A DNA stretch of 64,000 nt, taken from positions 36,830,001-36,894,000 of the forward strand of contig CM119371.1 in the NCBI GenBank assembly GCA_051294905.1, in the 5' to 3' direction. The DNA is from Botryllus schlosseri. Lineage: Eukaryota. Shown piece after piece: positions 1-13,254 of the stretch (position 1 is its first letter; each line of letters starts with the position of its first letter). Both the position numbers and the translations under genes were made by a program. Below the pieces are notes generated by a model. It had not been told where the DNA came from, ran no database searches, and saw only the letters and a list, made by a program, of their open reading frames with translations.

Positions 1-529
1 AAATGTTTTGTCGACGATCTCGCTGCGAGAGCACAAGCGAAGCCGTATCTCCTAATAGCAAATATAGTTAGACTCAATTCTGTGAATAATATGTATTTAT
101 AATTTTCAGAAGGGGGCTCAAATACTGATTGCAAGAAATCTAGTGACAATGAATCATGCGAAGTACCGACAAAAAATTCAAGTCAAATAAATCTGCTATG
201 AAATATTCTACTTCATGGTCATATACGAAGATCTGAGATAAATGTGGCTGACCCCTGGATACGTCAATGCGTCAGAACTGTTGTTTTAGTCATCATCAAA
301 TTTCGCGGTTATGCTAATCAAATTTTGGTTGGCCTTGCAATTGTTCTTGATGTCATAAATAATTTCGAGAATTATCTCGCAGGCCACACCTAACCTTCTC
401 GTGTGCCAAATTTGGCCTGCGTGCCACGGGCTGGCCGCACCTGATCTGTATGGTTAATAATAACAGTGATTGGTGGTACATAAAAATTCTATTGAAAATT
501 CTTTGAAAGCAAATGTTTTCATGATAGAG

Positions 530-742
530 AAGTTGGAGTCGGAGTCGGAGTCGAAGTCATAGTCTTTCTCACAAACTCCGACTCCGACTCCAGTCAGTAT
601 TTTCCCACCGACTCCGACTCCGACTCCGACTCCAGCTATTATAGTTTTCACGACTCCGACTCCGACTCCGACTCCATCAAGCGAAAATTACCCCGACTCC
701 GACTCCGACTCCACCGACTCCGACTCCGACTTCACAGCCCTG
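530..742. mobile_element. End of a hAT-type MITE with (CCGACT)n subterminal repeats
   Basis: GGAGTC/GACTCC hexamer arrays ending in TTCACAGCCCTG. Confidence 0.65.
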
Positions 743-744
743 AT

Positions 745-909
745 CTGCACCCTCAATTGACGTCAATTTTCATGGCATTCTTGATTTTTGGAACGCCTTC
801 CAAACATAGCTCATAGTACATAACATGCTGATCCCCTGCTTGAGACTTTGGCAGATTTGACAGTAGTGTATCCAAAAGTACACCCAACCACGCAGCACTT
901 AAGAACCAT
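745..909 (-). pseudogene. Possible THAP-domain (transposon-derived) remnant
   Basis: The minus strand reads MVLKCCVVGCTFGY, the usual THAP start, and then decays. Confidence 0.35.
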
Positions 910-2371
910 CGCCTATTAACTACACTAGAAAATGAATATTAACAAATTTGCCTATATATCACTTTAAAATAGTATTCCGACACAGCACCATATCCAAGCC
1001 TTGCAACAATTAATGAAATTCTATCGAAACAGTTACAATGAACATGCCTTCGTCATCATAAATGCCTTAGAACCAAAGCTACCAGTTATACAATTAGTCA
1101 AATAGACTATACCGTATCCAAGACTATGTTTGCGAGAAAGCAGATTATGATACTACAATGGAGCCGTTCAAACACGACGTTCTTCGCGTCAACTTGAACC
1201 GCTGGCACTGTCGAGGAACCGTAACCTGATTGCCAACTAGCCTATCAAATGATAATACTGACCCTTAGCTCGTGAATATACTCTAGACAGCGAAAGAAAC
1301 AAGTGCAATGCGACGAACAGCAACACACGGCGCAACCCGCACAACTGCAAATGTCTTGACTTCTTCAACAACAACAACTACAACTGTATTCATCCGCACG
1401 AGTTTTTGCAGTGATATCAGTGGGTTATCCACCTGACTAGCAGCTCTTTTAGGACTAAAATGATTGTTTCCGTGTTAAAACGATATTCCATCATCTTAAC
1501 ACAATAAACCCTGGTCAGAATCCACTTGTGGTTTTGACTTGCGCGCTACTTACCATCTGCGTAAGTATAACCGTGAGATTTACACTGTTTCAGAGCTGGC
1601 CTCTTAATTTTCAGGTCAATAGGCAGACTGTAAGGCCGTGTTTTTAGTAGGCCATGCCCTAACATATATCAATAGCATTTTTGCGTAAAATCCGTTCTAT
1701 TTCACCTCGCATCTATACAATGTACATAGTCGATTCGAAAAATTCTATGTAAAATTGTCCGACTTGTTAATAAAATTGGTATTTATTTTACAAAAACCCA
1801 AGTGTAAAAGTAGTTTCTATATCTACTTTACAAAATTTGGTGTTAAGTGTCCGACGATTTAATAAAATTGCTATTCATTTTACAAAATTCTCTGTGTAAA
1901 AGTATATACCAAATCTACTTAGGTACTATGAAAAGCAGAAGTACTTCGTTACCAACCACATCCGCCTAGATTGTTAAATCCATATGAATGCGATGGTCGG
2001 GTTTTCAAGTAAATCAACTTCATAATCTTCCCCCGTTATGCTGGTTCTTGGATGTCATTTACGACTGTCACACCAAAGAGATTTAAAATTTTATTTGTCT
2101 CCCATTGAATATTGGTTTGGCAGTGATGGGGAGACAACAGAAAATGACTTTCAGGTGCACCTGCTTAGTATACCAGACATTTACCGGCCTAATGAATATT
2201 ACATGCAAGTTCAGGTTAAGAATTGCGTGCATTCTACCTTTATTTTTCACATGATAAGTGATCTCATTTCAAACTCTTTCGTCAATCACTCCATTTCTAT
2301 ACTACGTCTTTACGATACCAGTTACGCGGCCAAATATTAGAGTATGATAAATCGTTTTGTATTACTGTACA

Positions 2372-2592
2372 AGAGGCCGATATTTTATATTTTTCGATTC
2401 CGTAGCTGCCCACTTGTAGCACGGCCCACCTCTGGGCTTTTGAAGACGCCACTTACTCGGATTAGATGAAGAGGAGAAACCTAGATAAACCTCCAACACT
2501 TAGGTAGGAATTCTGGAGTCGACCTCAGTCGGACTCGAACCCGCAACCCAATGGTGTTGTAGTTGTGGATCACAATAGTACGCTATCTCGCC
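2372..2592 (-). mobile_element. tRNA-derived SINE, family A
   Basis: Homologous to 60513-60778, with A-box-like GGCGAGATAGCG and B box GGTTCGAGTCC. Confidence 0.8.
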
Positions 2593-2759
2593 ACATTGTG
2601 TTCTGTGTGACTGCAGGGAATTATTCTCGCATATCGAATCGACTCTATTTGGGTTGGATATTGTAGGAGCAGTTGGTCTGTCGTTGTTGTAGGGGATGAA
2701 CCGACTTTTAAACACCGTCGTCAATCCGGTTTTTACTCTTGCTGTTTGATGATTGATAC

Positions 2760-3574
2760 CAGACATGGGGTAATCGCGATTAGTAATCGTAATCGATTAC
2801 GACGATTACAGCATTTTCAAGTAATCGTAATCGCAATCGATTACATTTGAAAAAAATCCAAAGTAATCGTAATCGTAATCGACTACTTCGCATTTCCAAT
2901 CGATTTCTTTGTGAAAGAACGATTACTTTTTATTTGTACAATGAATTTGACATAACCGAACATTTGTGAACAAGGAAAAGATATTCTACTAGGTTATTGA
3001 TAGCGCAAACGGTTGATTTTCAAACGCCATTGCTCATTATTACGTCAGAAGTATTAGCTTTGCTCGACCTGGCGTAAGACATATCCACACGTAGTAAATA
3101 TATATCCGATGTCATTGTTGTGTCATTGTTGTGTCGCGTCATGTACGCCATGACGTGTATCAGGTTATCAATACGCTCCAGACGCCACTACCTCGCAGCA
3201 AGATAATAATCACCACTCTGCCTAGTTTCTAATAGTAACTTATGTATTGATGTTTGGTTATGCTTAGTTAAACGCAGTTTGGCCGTTGCTGCTTGGCGAG
3301 CAAGCAGTAGGCCTAGCTATGTACGTAATCTGTTATATCATTAGACCTTATTTGCATCGAAATCCTTATATTGTCTTCCAATATCTCTTCCATTATATTA
3401 GTTATAAGAAGCAAAACAAATGTAATCGTGAGTAATCGTGATTACTTTTGAAATGTAATCGTAATCGTAATCGACTACTTCCTGATTTTGCTGTAATCGT
3501 AATCGTAATCGCGGGATTCACAAGTAATCGTAATCGCAATCGATTACATTCGTGAAGTAATCACCCCATGTCTG
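2760..3574. mobile_element. hAT-type MITE with (GTAATC)n subterminal repeats
   Basis: TIR CAGACATGGGGT / ACCCCATGTCTG, TSD ATTGATAC / ATGGATAC (7/8). Confidence 0.85.
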
Positions 3575-4009
3575 ATGGATACACAGTGGGTACTCCACGT
3601 TTTGTGACTTTCGTTTGATAATAAAGAATAAACTATACAGAGTTTTACATCGAAAATTCGAGTGTACAAATATGCAATCCTAGCAATGACAAAACTGCTA
3701 AAAATGAAATCTAAAAATGCAAAAAATATGTTTGTTTGTTTTTATATTCTTGGGATATTCCAATAATAACACTGCCTGCTAATAAGTAGTCTCGTCTAGA
3801 CAATGATATCTCCGGTGCATAGACGATCGAGGCTCAGATTCATGTGCTCAGATGTCGCAATTTCGCCAGCTTGTTAACGGCCTCGTTACCGTTGATGAAT
3901 TTGTGGCCTGAGATCCAAATAAAAGTAACTGCGATACCATAAACGTAAGATCTTGGTAGCTTTCACACTCTATTTGACGTCCACTTGCGAATGAATATAA
4001 CTTTATTAG

Positions 4010-4050
4010 TTACTCGAGCTTTCGGAGCGCCGCTCCTTCATCAGGTGTCA
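4010..4050 (-). ncRNA. Degenerate minimal hammerhead ribozyme motif of Penelope-like element type
   Basis: Minus strand TGACAC-CTGATGA-A-GGAGC GGC GCTCC-GAAA-GC-TC-GAGTAA. Core boxes and stem II are intact; stem I pairs only 4/6. Confidence 0.5.
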
Positions 4051-4429
4051 AAGCCATAGAAAGATGGTACTTGCACTCTCAATAACATTTGTTTACGCCC
4101 CGTTGACCTACTACAAGAATTAAGCATTTTGAAACACGCGGTCGATTACTGGGTTGCGTAGTCGCTTCATTTGAATTACTGACACATTATAGCTTATTAA
4201 TATGTAAGCGCACAGCACAGCTTAAACACGCCGCTAGCTCAGCAATGCGTGTTTATTCATTTGTCTCCGAGTCCTTTAACAATCTTTCACGCACTTATTT
4301 TAAGAATCACTGCCCGAGAAGATTAACCTTACGTTGGATAAATTGCCTTGCTTAGTGCAGTGGCTAAGCGTTCCTCATGCTTTCTGCCCTGATATGTGTA
4401 TCAATGAATTTAGCTCTACTGATTTTTTA

Positions 4430-4531
4430 TATTGCATTTAATAATAACATCAAATGAACTGGGCAATGACGCTGTCGCGCTTGCAGCTGTTCGGTAGCTG
4501 AAGGCTGGTTCCAGAGACTTGGCAGGTATCA
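4430..4531 (-). other. Putative terminal exon (TGA stop plus 3'UTR with ATTAAA) of the defensin-like gene
   Basis: Acceptor TCTTTCAG|TGA in phase 0, with ATTAAA near 4437-4442. An alternative is unspliced read-through to a TGA near 4958. Confidence 0.45.
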
Positions 4532-4589
4532 CTGAAAGACACAGATGTTTCCAAATATGAATCAATTACATATCTAATGCGTCACGACA

Positions 4590-4905
4590 TCAATGGCAGT
4601 GGTTCGAATCCCGGTTCGGACCTACTTCTATGTGTCGGTGGTTTATCTGGGCTCCTCGTCGCTGACCCCGCTGCATATGCGGTGTCGCATGGAAAGCCCA
4701 GATGAATCAAATAAAGTCTAGCTTTCAGAATCGATTTCAATAGACTCTGGCGAGGGAGATGTGAGTGAATTCGTGACCGCAAGTCGTCCGCAAAGCGTAC
4801 CGAAAGCAAAGACATACAGACATTACAATATTCGTGATCTGGCGCAAATGACCGTATCGGCGATAAGCGCCAAAGCTTTTCAATAAAAACATACAAACAA
4901 ACATA
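4590..4905 (+). mobile_element. 5'-truncated tRNA-derived SINE, family B
   Basis: B box GGTTCGAATCCC. The 3' tail CAAATGACC..GGCGATAAGCGCCAA..AATAAAA(CAAA)n is shared with 5721-5820. Confidence 0.65.
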
Positions 4906-5005
4906 TAAAATGAGTACTGTATACGCCACGTCATCACAAGCAAATTAAAAAGACGCATCATGCAGTAACCTGCTCATCCGTACGGATTAAACTATGACCT
5001 CTCAC

Positions 5006-5073
5006 CTGTTCCTGGTCTTCGGCAATCGTATCCGGACTTTTGCAGCAACTCTCTCCAACTGGACATTCACGGC
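5006..5073 (-). CDS. Exon 3 (GRECPVGESCCKSPDTIAEDQEQ) of the beta-defensin-like gene
   Basis: Polypyrimidine tract plus TACAG|GC acceptor in matching phase 1. Supplies Cys4 and the terminal CC. Donor CAG|GTGAGA. Confidence 0.75.
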
Positions 5074-5720
5074 CTGTATCAAATAAAAAAAGAAATTCGT
5101 TGCACAACCGGTTGTACAACATTCTGCTTCAAAGCATTAAGAAGAAGCACTGGCAAATATAAGCTTGCGGAAACTGGAGGTTCACTCCGCTTGTTATAGT
5201 TAGTAATGACCGTGACCTCGGGCGGCGGTGAGTTTTTATTCTAGATTCAATATGTAGTGAGTTATGCCTTCTGGAGATCTTGGGCATTTGACATGCGTTA
5301 CACCTGATTTCTGATTCAGGTTTAAAGCTACAACGAAACTTATATGGTCATGAGATTGGGATTGTGCCATACACTGATCACTCTCGTATCTCATTTGCAA
5401 TATACCAGCTACAATATGCCTATATAATTGGAAGGGATTCGAATGCAATATGCGTATTAATGACAACATGCTGCGCTAATCGCATGCAAAATATAGGGAT
5501 GTGGAGTTGGAGTCAGAGCTTCGTTGAACCTTCCTTATTGATACACCCGGTGGAGTCCCTGGAATTGTAGTATGACGAGACATCATACTAATTTGAGTAG
5601 GAGCATGGGTTTGTTGCGATGATTCGACTTCCACTCCAAATACTTTATCATAGAACTAAATTTTACATTAAAGTACCGGTGTAGTTGAAGAGATTATCAA
5701 GCTTTTTACGTCGTCAGGCA

Positions 5721-5820
5721 CCGTAAAAGACCGTTGACATTACTGAAATTGATGTACTGGTTGCAAATGACCTTATAGGCGATAAGCGCCAATGTTGTGC
5801 GAATAAAACAAACAAACAAA
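5721..5820 (+). mobile_element. 100-bp 3' retroposon fragment with TSD
   Basis: Flanked by CGTCGTCAGGCA (5709-5720, 5821-5832), with an (AAAC)n tail. Confidence 0.8.
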
Positions 5821-6057
5821 CGTCGTCAGGCATTCAAACTCTCAATTTCCTTTTCCGAGCACATTGTTTTCCAAATGCAAAAAGTAAGTTAATTCACTTG
5901 GTGACAATAACAACTCAAATATAATAGACATATGGTTTTCTTGGCAGACTTATAAGGATGATTATATCGCAGTTGAGGTTGCGTAAAAGAATACTAGTAG
6001 TCGGAGTTGGAGTCGGTGGTAAAGTGAGACGACAGAGCGGCCCAGCTCGAAACTTAC

Positions 6058-6079
6058 CAGCGCCGCCTATCCATCCTTC
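6058..6079 (-). CDS. Exon 2, 3' part (EGWIGGA), on the far side of E1
   Basis: Removing E1 and one TSD gives a 90-nt phase1-phase1 exon ending at a consensus donor CTG|GTAAGT. Confidence 0.8.
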
Positions 6080-8291
6080 CACGCAAGTAGTGTTGTCATC
6101 CTTTTTTCGTGCAGGCCAATCAAATTTCGCCACGTCGCCCTAATTGCCACGCCTATATGACGCCCATTGCCGCACCTATAGGACACCCCTTGCCACATCA
6201 TCCACCCATTGCCGCACCTATAGGACACCCCTTGTCACATCATCCACAATTGCTGCGTCAAAACTTACCTTGGCTAGAATCGACAGATTTTCTATTATGT
6301 GTATTTAGGAATATGTATTTAAATTCCTATTCAGATTATACATAAATGCGAAAACTATGATGTCTATGTAAGGCTATATTCTCCGGATAATATTATTAAT
6401 ATCAAAAATCTACACATCATCACTAATTACTTAATATAAAATGCGATTTTGAGCGCTGCGACTTGATAATATGAGCCCCTACGCTTCTGATGCATGATTT
6501 TTTGTGATAAGGACCTAGGTAACATTCAGAGTCTGCAACGATTGTTTGGATATACATTATACCAATACCCCACTAAACTATAGGCGGTTATATTACTCTA
6601 TTGCTCAGAGATAACTCATCCGTCCATATTTTTAAACTCGATTTTATGTATACAAGTTACTGTCTCTCTGCAGCCTCCCCATTTTACGACTTATTTTCAT
6701 TAGACGCAGGCAAGCGATTCTCCAGTTCGGAGCTACGGAAACAAATCACTCGCATGTGCGCGTTCCGAATAGTCTTGTAGAATTTTCTAAAGTCGTAACA
6801 GCTTAGTAGCATATACGCGAATCCCAAGGTGAAAATAATCGAACGAACTATAGCCGTAGGCGTGCGATTCGCAGGGCTTTATTTATACAAACTCATTCGA
6901 TGCCTGTACGCGAACCCCAGCGTTAAAACGATTAGGTCTAATTAACACGTTCTGAAGCCGAAAATTTAGTCAACATCATTGAGATAGCCATGATTTGAAG
7001 ATGGTGATCGAGTGTGACAATAGCACTCGCCAAGGTTAGACAAACATAACCTTAAACTACTCTCTACTTCACAAAATATAAAGTTATAAAAGTAAGCAGA
7101 TTTTGTCGATATTGCTTTGTGATGATTTTGATGTTGTTCCATAGCGATTGGGAAGATAGGACTCGTAATTCCTTAACTAACTACATAATCCCTAGTAACG
7201 TAGTCAGACGCATAACGGAATTTACGCAAATCGATATTGCTCTGCGATAATTTTGACCACTATGTTTTGATAATAACTTGCTTCCGAGAAATAGATAACA
7301 TTCATTATACGTTAGATGATACTTTTCCTTTATATTCTATTATGTGTATTTAGGGCTAATGCGACATCACTATGTTGGCGACAGGCCTGATTTGAACGCG
7401 CTAATTTTGCAAATTAAACTTATCACCCAACACGAACACTCAATGAAGAGCACCCTAGAGCACCCACATAAATGCTCCACAATTTGTGACGTATAATATA
7501 CTGAGCATATAATAAGCTGACAAAACTGATACTTGAGTACTCCGAAATGTACAAGTACTTTACCTTTACACGACGTTTTTGTAAAATGAATACTAATGGT
7601 ACGCGAATGATCATAGACTAAGCTTGCTTTCAGAGTTGGAAACTAAATGCATATGAAAATTTACCTATGTTTTCCCCTCACGCATCAGATGTAGGCCTAC
7701 TCAAGTGTTTATGAGGCGGCGAATAGTTCGGAGGTTGTTGGTATGCAAGGACGTCACATAGAATTGTGGAGTTTTCTGTAAACTATATTCCAGTGATCTA
7801 TTTTCAATCACTATACTTTTATTAATCTAAACTAAGTACTGTTAGTAGGCAAATCCTAGAAAAGTATCCTCTGATAAAAGTAGGAGTAATTCGTTATCTG
7901 TGAAATAAATAGATAGCGCGCAATATGAGCGGTGTTACGATGACTGACAAATACTTTGAATTAATGCATAGAAGTAGCGATTTCGAACTACGTAAAAAGT
8001 TAGTCGAGCTCACGCATTTTCCATTTTCAAAAGTCGACGTTTTTTGTAAAATGAATACTTATTTTATTAAAAATTAAAAAATAAAGAAAAGAGCGAAAAA
8101 TTACATTTTATCCTGGAACGCAACAAGAAAAATCGTATGAATTTTAACTACTTATTCATGACATACTAATAACTACTTGTACACTTTTTCACATTTTATA
8201 ACACTTTAGTAGTACTTAACAGTTTCAGTTTTAAATAAAATTCGGAATCTAAACTAATCAAAAAAATTCGGTAACCAATTTCGCGTAGGCT

Positions 8292-8621
8292 ATGCATACA
8301 AATGAGGAAAGTTACATCACGGAAGCGAAAGAGGCCAGAGATCTATTCACTCGATACAGCCATCACGCAAAGATCAGTGTCGTGTTCATATGTCAAAATT
8401 TGTTCTATAGGGGTCAAGGCTTTCGGGATATGACCTTGAGCGCGAGCTATATCGTGATATTTAAAAATCCCCGCGATGCGAGTCAAATCAGTTTTCTTTC
8501 ACGTCAAATGTTCCCGGATAAAGCCGGATTCCTTACGGAGGCTTATAAAAAGGCAACTCGAAAACCGTTCTCGTACATACTGGTTGACGTGACGCAAGAG
8601 ACAGACGAAAATTATCGTTGA
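8292..8621 (+). pseudogene. C-terminal fragment of a Polinton/Maverick A32/FtsK-like DNA packaging ATPase
   Basis: The motif string LFTRYSHHAKISVVFICQNLF, SASYIVIFKNPRDASQI..LSRQMFP, EAYKKAT.KPFSYILVD is typical of Polinton ATPases. Walker A and B are absent. The ORF stops at the junction (~8618) with the module shared with E2. Confidence 0.85.
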
Positions 8622-9854
8622 TTTCGTGAGCTTTACTTAAGTTTTATAAATTGACGAAAAAGTAGTCATTTCCGAGTAAGTAAAACGTTCGTATTGTAGG
8701 TTCATTTCTGCTTAATACTATAATTATCATGGAGTTGAAGCAGTCCAATATCAAAAACACCCGAAAGTATTTGTTGCATATAGCTAAAAACCTAATTGAG
8801 TACTCTGAAGAAGTACAAGTGGCACAGTTTGTGGTATTTCTATGACATCGAAATTTAGCTAACCAGAACTTATACTTGAGTACTCCGAAATGTACAAGTA
8901 CTTTACCTTTACACGACGTTTCTGTAAAATGAATACTGATTTTATTAAAAAATAAAAAAGCACGAAAAATTACATTTTATCCCAAACCATCAGAATACTA
9001 AAGTAGCTTATCGCGTATATGGACCTAATACTAAAGTGTTTATGATTTCAGTTCGCTTCAACTTCATGACATTTTCAGTATTAAACAGAAGTATAAGCCT
9101 AGAATGCTAACTTTCTTCGTAAATTGCTACTTCTGCCTTAATTTAACGGATTTATCCGAGATCATTGCTTTACTTAATCTCTCCAAAATGTGCATTATAC
9201 TAGTACGTCACCATCGAATCCCTCTGGCTATAACTACTCGATAGTATAATTGAGCCAAATACTCGAGTACTAATTTTAAAGTAGCTTAGGTATCTAAATG
9301 AACCGACGGTCAGTAAACCATTTCGAAGTGCAAGTACAGGAATATCATAGTTCTTGAACCGTGCTCAATGCTCAATAGACCATTTTTGCTATTTTTCATC
9401 GCCATAAGTCATTCTGGACCGCGTAAACGCATTGTACGTTATAGATGAAACTTATGCAAATCCCCGGAACGCAACAAGAAAAATCGTATAAATTTGTAAA
9501 CTACTTATTCATGACATAATAATAATTCTACTTGTACACATTTTCACATTTTATAACACTTCAAGTAGTACTTGAAAGTTTTGTCAAGTTAACAGGTTAA
9601 AAACTTATACTTGAGCACTACGAAATGTACAAGTACTTTACCTTTACACGACGTTTTGTAAAATGAATACTAATTAAAAAATAAAAAATAAAAAAGAGCG
9701 AAAAATTACATGTTATCCCGGAACGCAACAAGAAAAAATCGTAGGAATTTGTAAACTACTTATTCGGTAAACTACTCTTTACTTCACAAAACAAAGTTAC
9801 AAAAGTAAGCAGATTTATATGAAAACCCGTTAAATAGAAGTAAAAGTAATAACA

Positions 9855-10400
9855 ATGCATCATACCAAATTTGATCGCAATTTCATGATGCAATACCTTT
9901 AAAACTAACGCAGTTCTCTATACACTTTTGCGTAAATCTGTGTTTCGCTAGCGTAGCACGTACCTATACATAGTAAGCTTCAATAACGGAATTACCATGC
10001 TAATAATCAAATCCCCACCCTGAAACTCGGTACGCGGTTGTAAGACATTATGAAAATACAACATACCAAATTTCATCAGACATTTCATGATGTAACACCT
10101 TTAAAACCAACGCAGTTCTATACCGACTTTTGGCTAAATCTGTTATCCATAGCGCAGCACGTACCTATACATAGTCAACTTTAAAACGGAATTACCATGT
10201 TAATAATCGGCTCCCCACCTTGAAACTCGGTACGCAGTTGTAAGACATTATGACAATGTAGCATGTCAAATTTTGTTACGCATTTCATGATTGAACAACT
10301 TGAAAACTAACGCAGTTCTATACCGACATTTGCGTGAAACTGTTTTGCGGGAGCTTAGCGCATACCTATGCGTAGTCAACTTTAATGACGGAATTACAGA
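9855..10400 (+). repeat. ~200-bp unit tandem array (~2.7 copies), mirrored at ~15800-16347
   Basis: TTTCATGAT recurs at 9881, 10083 and 10283, along with AACGGAATTAC and TGAAACTCGGTACGC. Confidence 0.85.
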
Positions 10401-10604
10401 TGTAATTAGGTTTCAACACTTTTACAACGATTCTTCTTGCTTCCTATAACATCGCACTCGAAGCCCTCGTTATTAGGCTATGATCTCAGCCTGAGCTATG
10501 TCTTGAAGCCTACGGGACTTTGCAAATTGTTTCGATTTATTCTATACCCGTTTTAATTTAAGGAAGCCCATTTCACTCAATGTATCGATGCCTACAGTAT
10601 AGAG

Positions 10605-11926
10605 CAGGGGTTCTCAACCCGCGGCCCGCGGGCCGCATGCGGCCCGCAGACGATTCTTTTGCGGCCCGCGACATATTTCAATATAATCTCTACTGGCCCC
10701 ATATTGTTATGGAAGACCGATGAGTCACATTTGTCGAAGAACAGTTGTTGTAACAAAGCCTAGAAGCTTGAAATGATAGCACGATAGTTTCATCTGGAGT
10801 TATACCTATCAAACGTTGCTAGCTTGGTTTCAAGCCCAGCAATCCATATTTCGAATGATTTTTAAAATTTCCGCCGACGTGACAGACGCATTGTTCAAAA
10901 TGGCTTGGAATATCGCTAAACCCAATAATCTGCTAGAGAAGGTATGAGGTATGACTTCAATAACGCTTTAACGTACTGTGCGAATATTCGCTGTTTCCGG
11001 AATTTAGCAGCAAGTCCTATCACCTGACAAATTTCGAAGCTACAGTTGTCACCAGAAGAGTAACAGCGATAAGGTATGACTTGAATAAAGCTTTAACGTA
11101 CTGTGCGAATATTCGGTGTTTCCGGAACTTAGTAGCAAGTCCTGTCATCTGACAAATTTCGAAGCTACAGTTGTCACCAGAAGAGTAACAGCGATCTCAG
11201 TCGATCTTTTATCGCATGTTCTGTAACACGTTGCCACGTAGACTACGTTAGCCGAGCATTGGACCTATCCATCGATGCACACAGTGCAGACACATTGCAT
11301 AGCTAATTATCCAGGTGCTTTTTATCGGAGTGGGCATGGGCATATTTCCAGAGGAAATGCTGACGGGACAAACGTGGGAAGGGGACCAGGACATCAATTT
11401 GACAAAGCTGACTTCTGTAACTATTGGTGTAGGGCTCCAGTCATGGAAGGAAAGGAGAAGAGTTGATTGATTTGCTCGGAAATGACCCCTAACGTCTCGA
11501 TTCTTCTCATATCATATCTGAGAGCTCAAGATGATAATGGCCTCAGTAACGAAAAAGTCACCGTAATTTTATACTTGCTCGCTAACGCATTGAAACAGAA
11601 AGTTCGGTTCTCTGGTGGTGGAAAGGTTTGATGGTTGCATATACTATATACCGACATGGCAATGGATGGAATGTACGCTCCATGAAGGGATTTACTTGCG
11701 CCACTTGAAGATCGATATTCTCACAAAAACAGCAACTGCAAACTTACGAACGCTCTCCATTAATGCTTTAGAATGCATAAGAATGTACTAAATGCCCGAA
11801 TAAGACTGATAAATAGGCCTAAATTTAATAGTAGCCCACAAATACATGGTGATAATGTTCTGCGGCCCGCGGCGTCTTTTAGTGTGAAAATGCGGCCCGT
11901 TATACGAGGGAAGTTGAGAACCCCTG
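10605..11926 (+). mobile_element. hAT (Charlie-like) deletion derivative inserted in the left arm of E1
   Basis: TIR CAGGGGTTCTCAAC / GTTGAGAACCCCTG with a perfect 8-bp TSD GTATAGAG. The empty site is present in the right arm (~15598-15605). Subterminal GCGGCCCGC repeats and an internal ~125-bp tandem duplication. Confidence 0.93.
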
Positions 11927-13254
11927 GTATAGAGTATACTCTACAAAATTTTCTGTTTAATTCTCCCTATGTTAATTTACCATAAGACAGACAATTTGAC
12001 TCCTAAAGTCCGAAATACTTGTTCGCTTGAGCTAAGCCGCAGCGCCCGGAGTGGAATTTTATAGTTCTTGTAAAAAGTTGTTTATACACAATATATGTTT
12101 AAGGTAAGTCCTACGCATTCATGATTTCGTCCGAGTTTGTATTTTAGTAATATATACTAATACCGCGTTTGTAACTTGTGCAAGTAGGCCTACAGGAATA
12201 TCATAGGTAAAGTCTCTGTCTTGCATTTAGTTGCCGGCTCTGAAAGCAAGCAAAGTTTGTGGTATTTGAGCAACAGCGAAATTTGTACACTTCACGCGGG
12301 GCCTACGATACTTACGGCCTAATATGGCACATTACACTTGCTGGATATAAGAGGCCGACACTCCCAACCAGACATCACGACTGACTCAATGATTGCTTGC
12401 GATCTCACTTCTCGATACCAGACGCCTCGCCATACAAGTCTAATAAAGTATTATAACAGACAAAATTAGTTCTTTCAGATGAAACAACCCAATTAAGAGC
12501 CAAGTGATAGCGTCGCAATGTATTTAATCGTTCGGGTAGACTTGAATCGTGATCCGGATCTCGTAACATAGTAAAATCGAGGTATGTAGTTTAATTACTC
12601 ACTCACTACTCTATATGTTGGTGGTGGTCATACCCTGCAAACTTTTTTGCTGCGAACGTAGTGTTTCACCTTACATCAGTTGGTTCAATGTATGTACCGG
12701 GTTGTGAAAACTGTCGCTGTTTTGAGTATGTGTCACAATCAATACTAAATACGAGAATTCGTTACTCGTCGAAACGCCGCAGTCAGACATCGTTAACAGC
12801 GAGACGGAGACTATCAAAATATCGAAAGAAGACGTCTATTCTTTTCTGAAATAATCAAGGTTTTATCAGGACTTCCCTTCATATAAACTCCAGCAGAATC
12901 ACTAATAACCTCTCAAGTTTACTCAATTTACTCTAATTTGATACTCGTGTACCAAATCCCTATTTTCCGCAAGTAGGATAGAGGCTATCGCTCGATACTC
13001 AACGATTCGTAATTTTGCTGGAATTTTGGTACAATTAGGGATTGAAAAGTGACTGATACAAGTGGTTATGTTTGTAGGATATTTACACTTCTACTAAGCG
13101 GTTTTTCAGGAGAAACTACCTACTTTTAGGACTTTATATTTTAAAGTAGTTTAAGGTTACGGTTGTATCACCTTGAGAAATGCTATGATCAAAAACTGCT
13201 TTTGCTAAACTCTTACACATTCACTAAACTTCTACACTGAATCTTGAGCTCCAG

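Noticed and set aside
454..651. GVGVGV/DSDSDS ORF
   Set aside because: It is a translation of the MITE hexamer repeats.
9855..10400. CRISPR-like array
   Set aside because: Whole units are homologous, there are no unique spacers or cas genes, and the context is eukaryotic.
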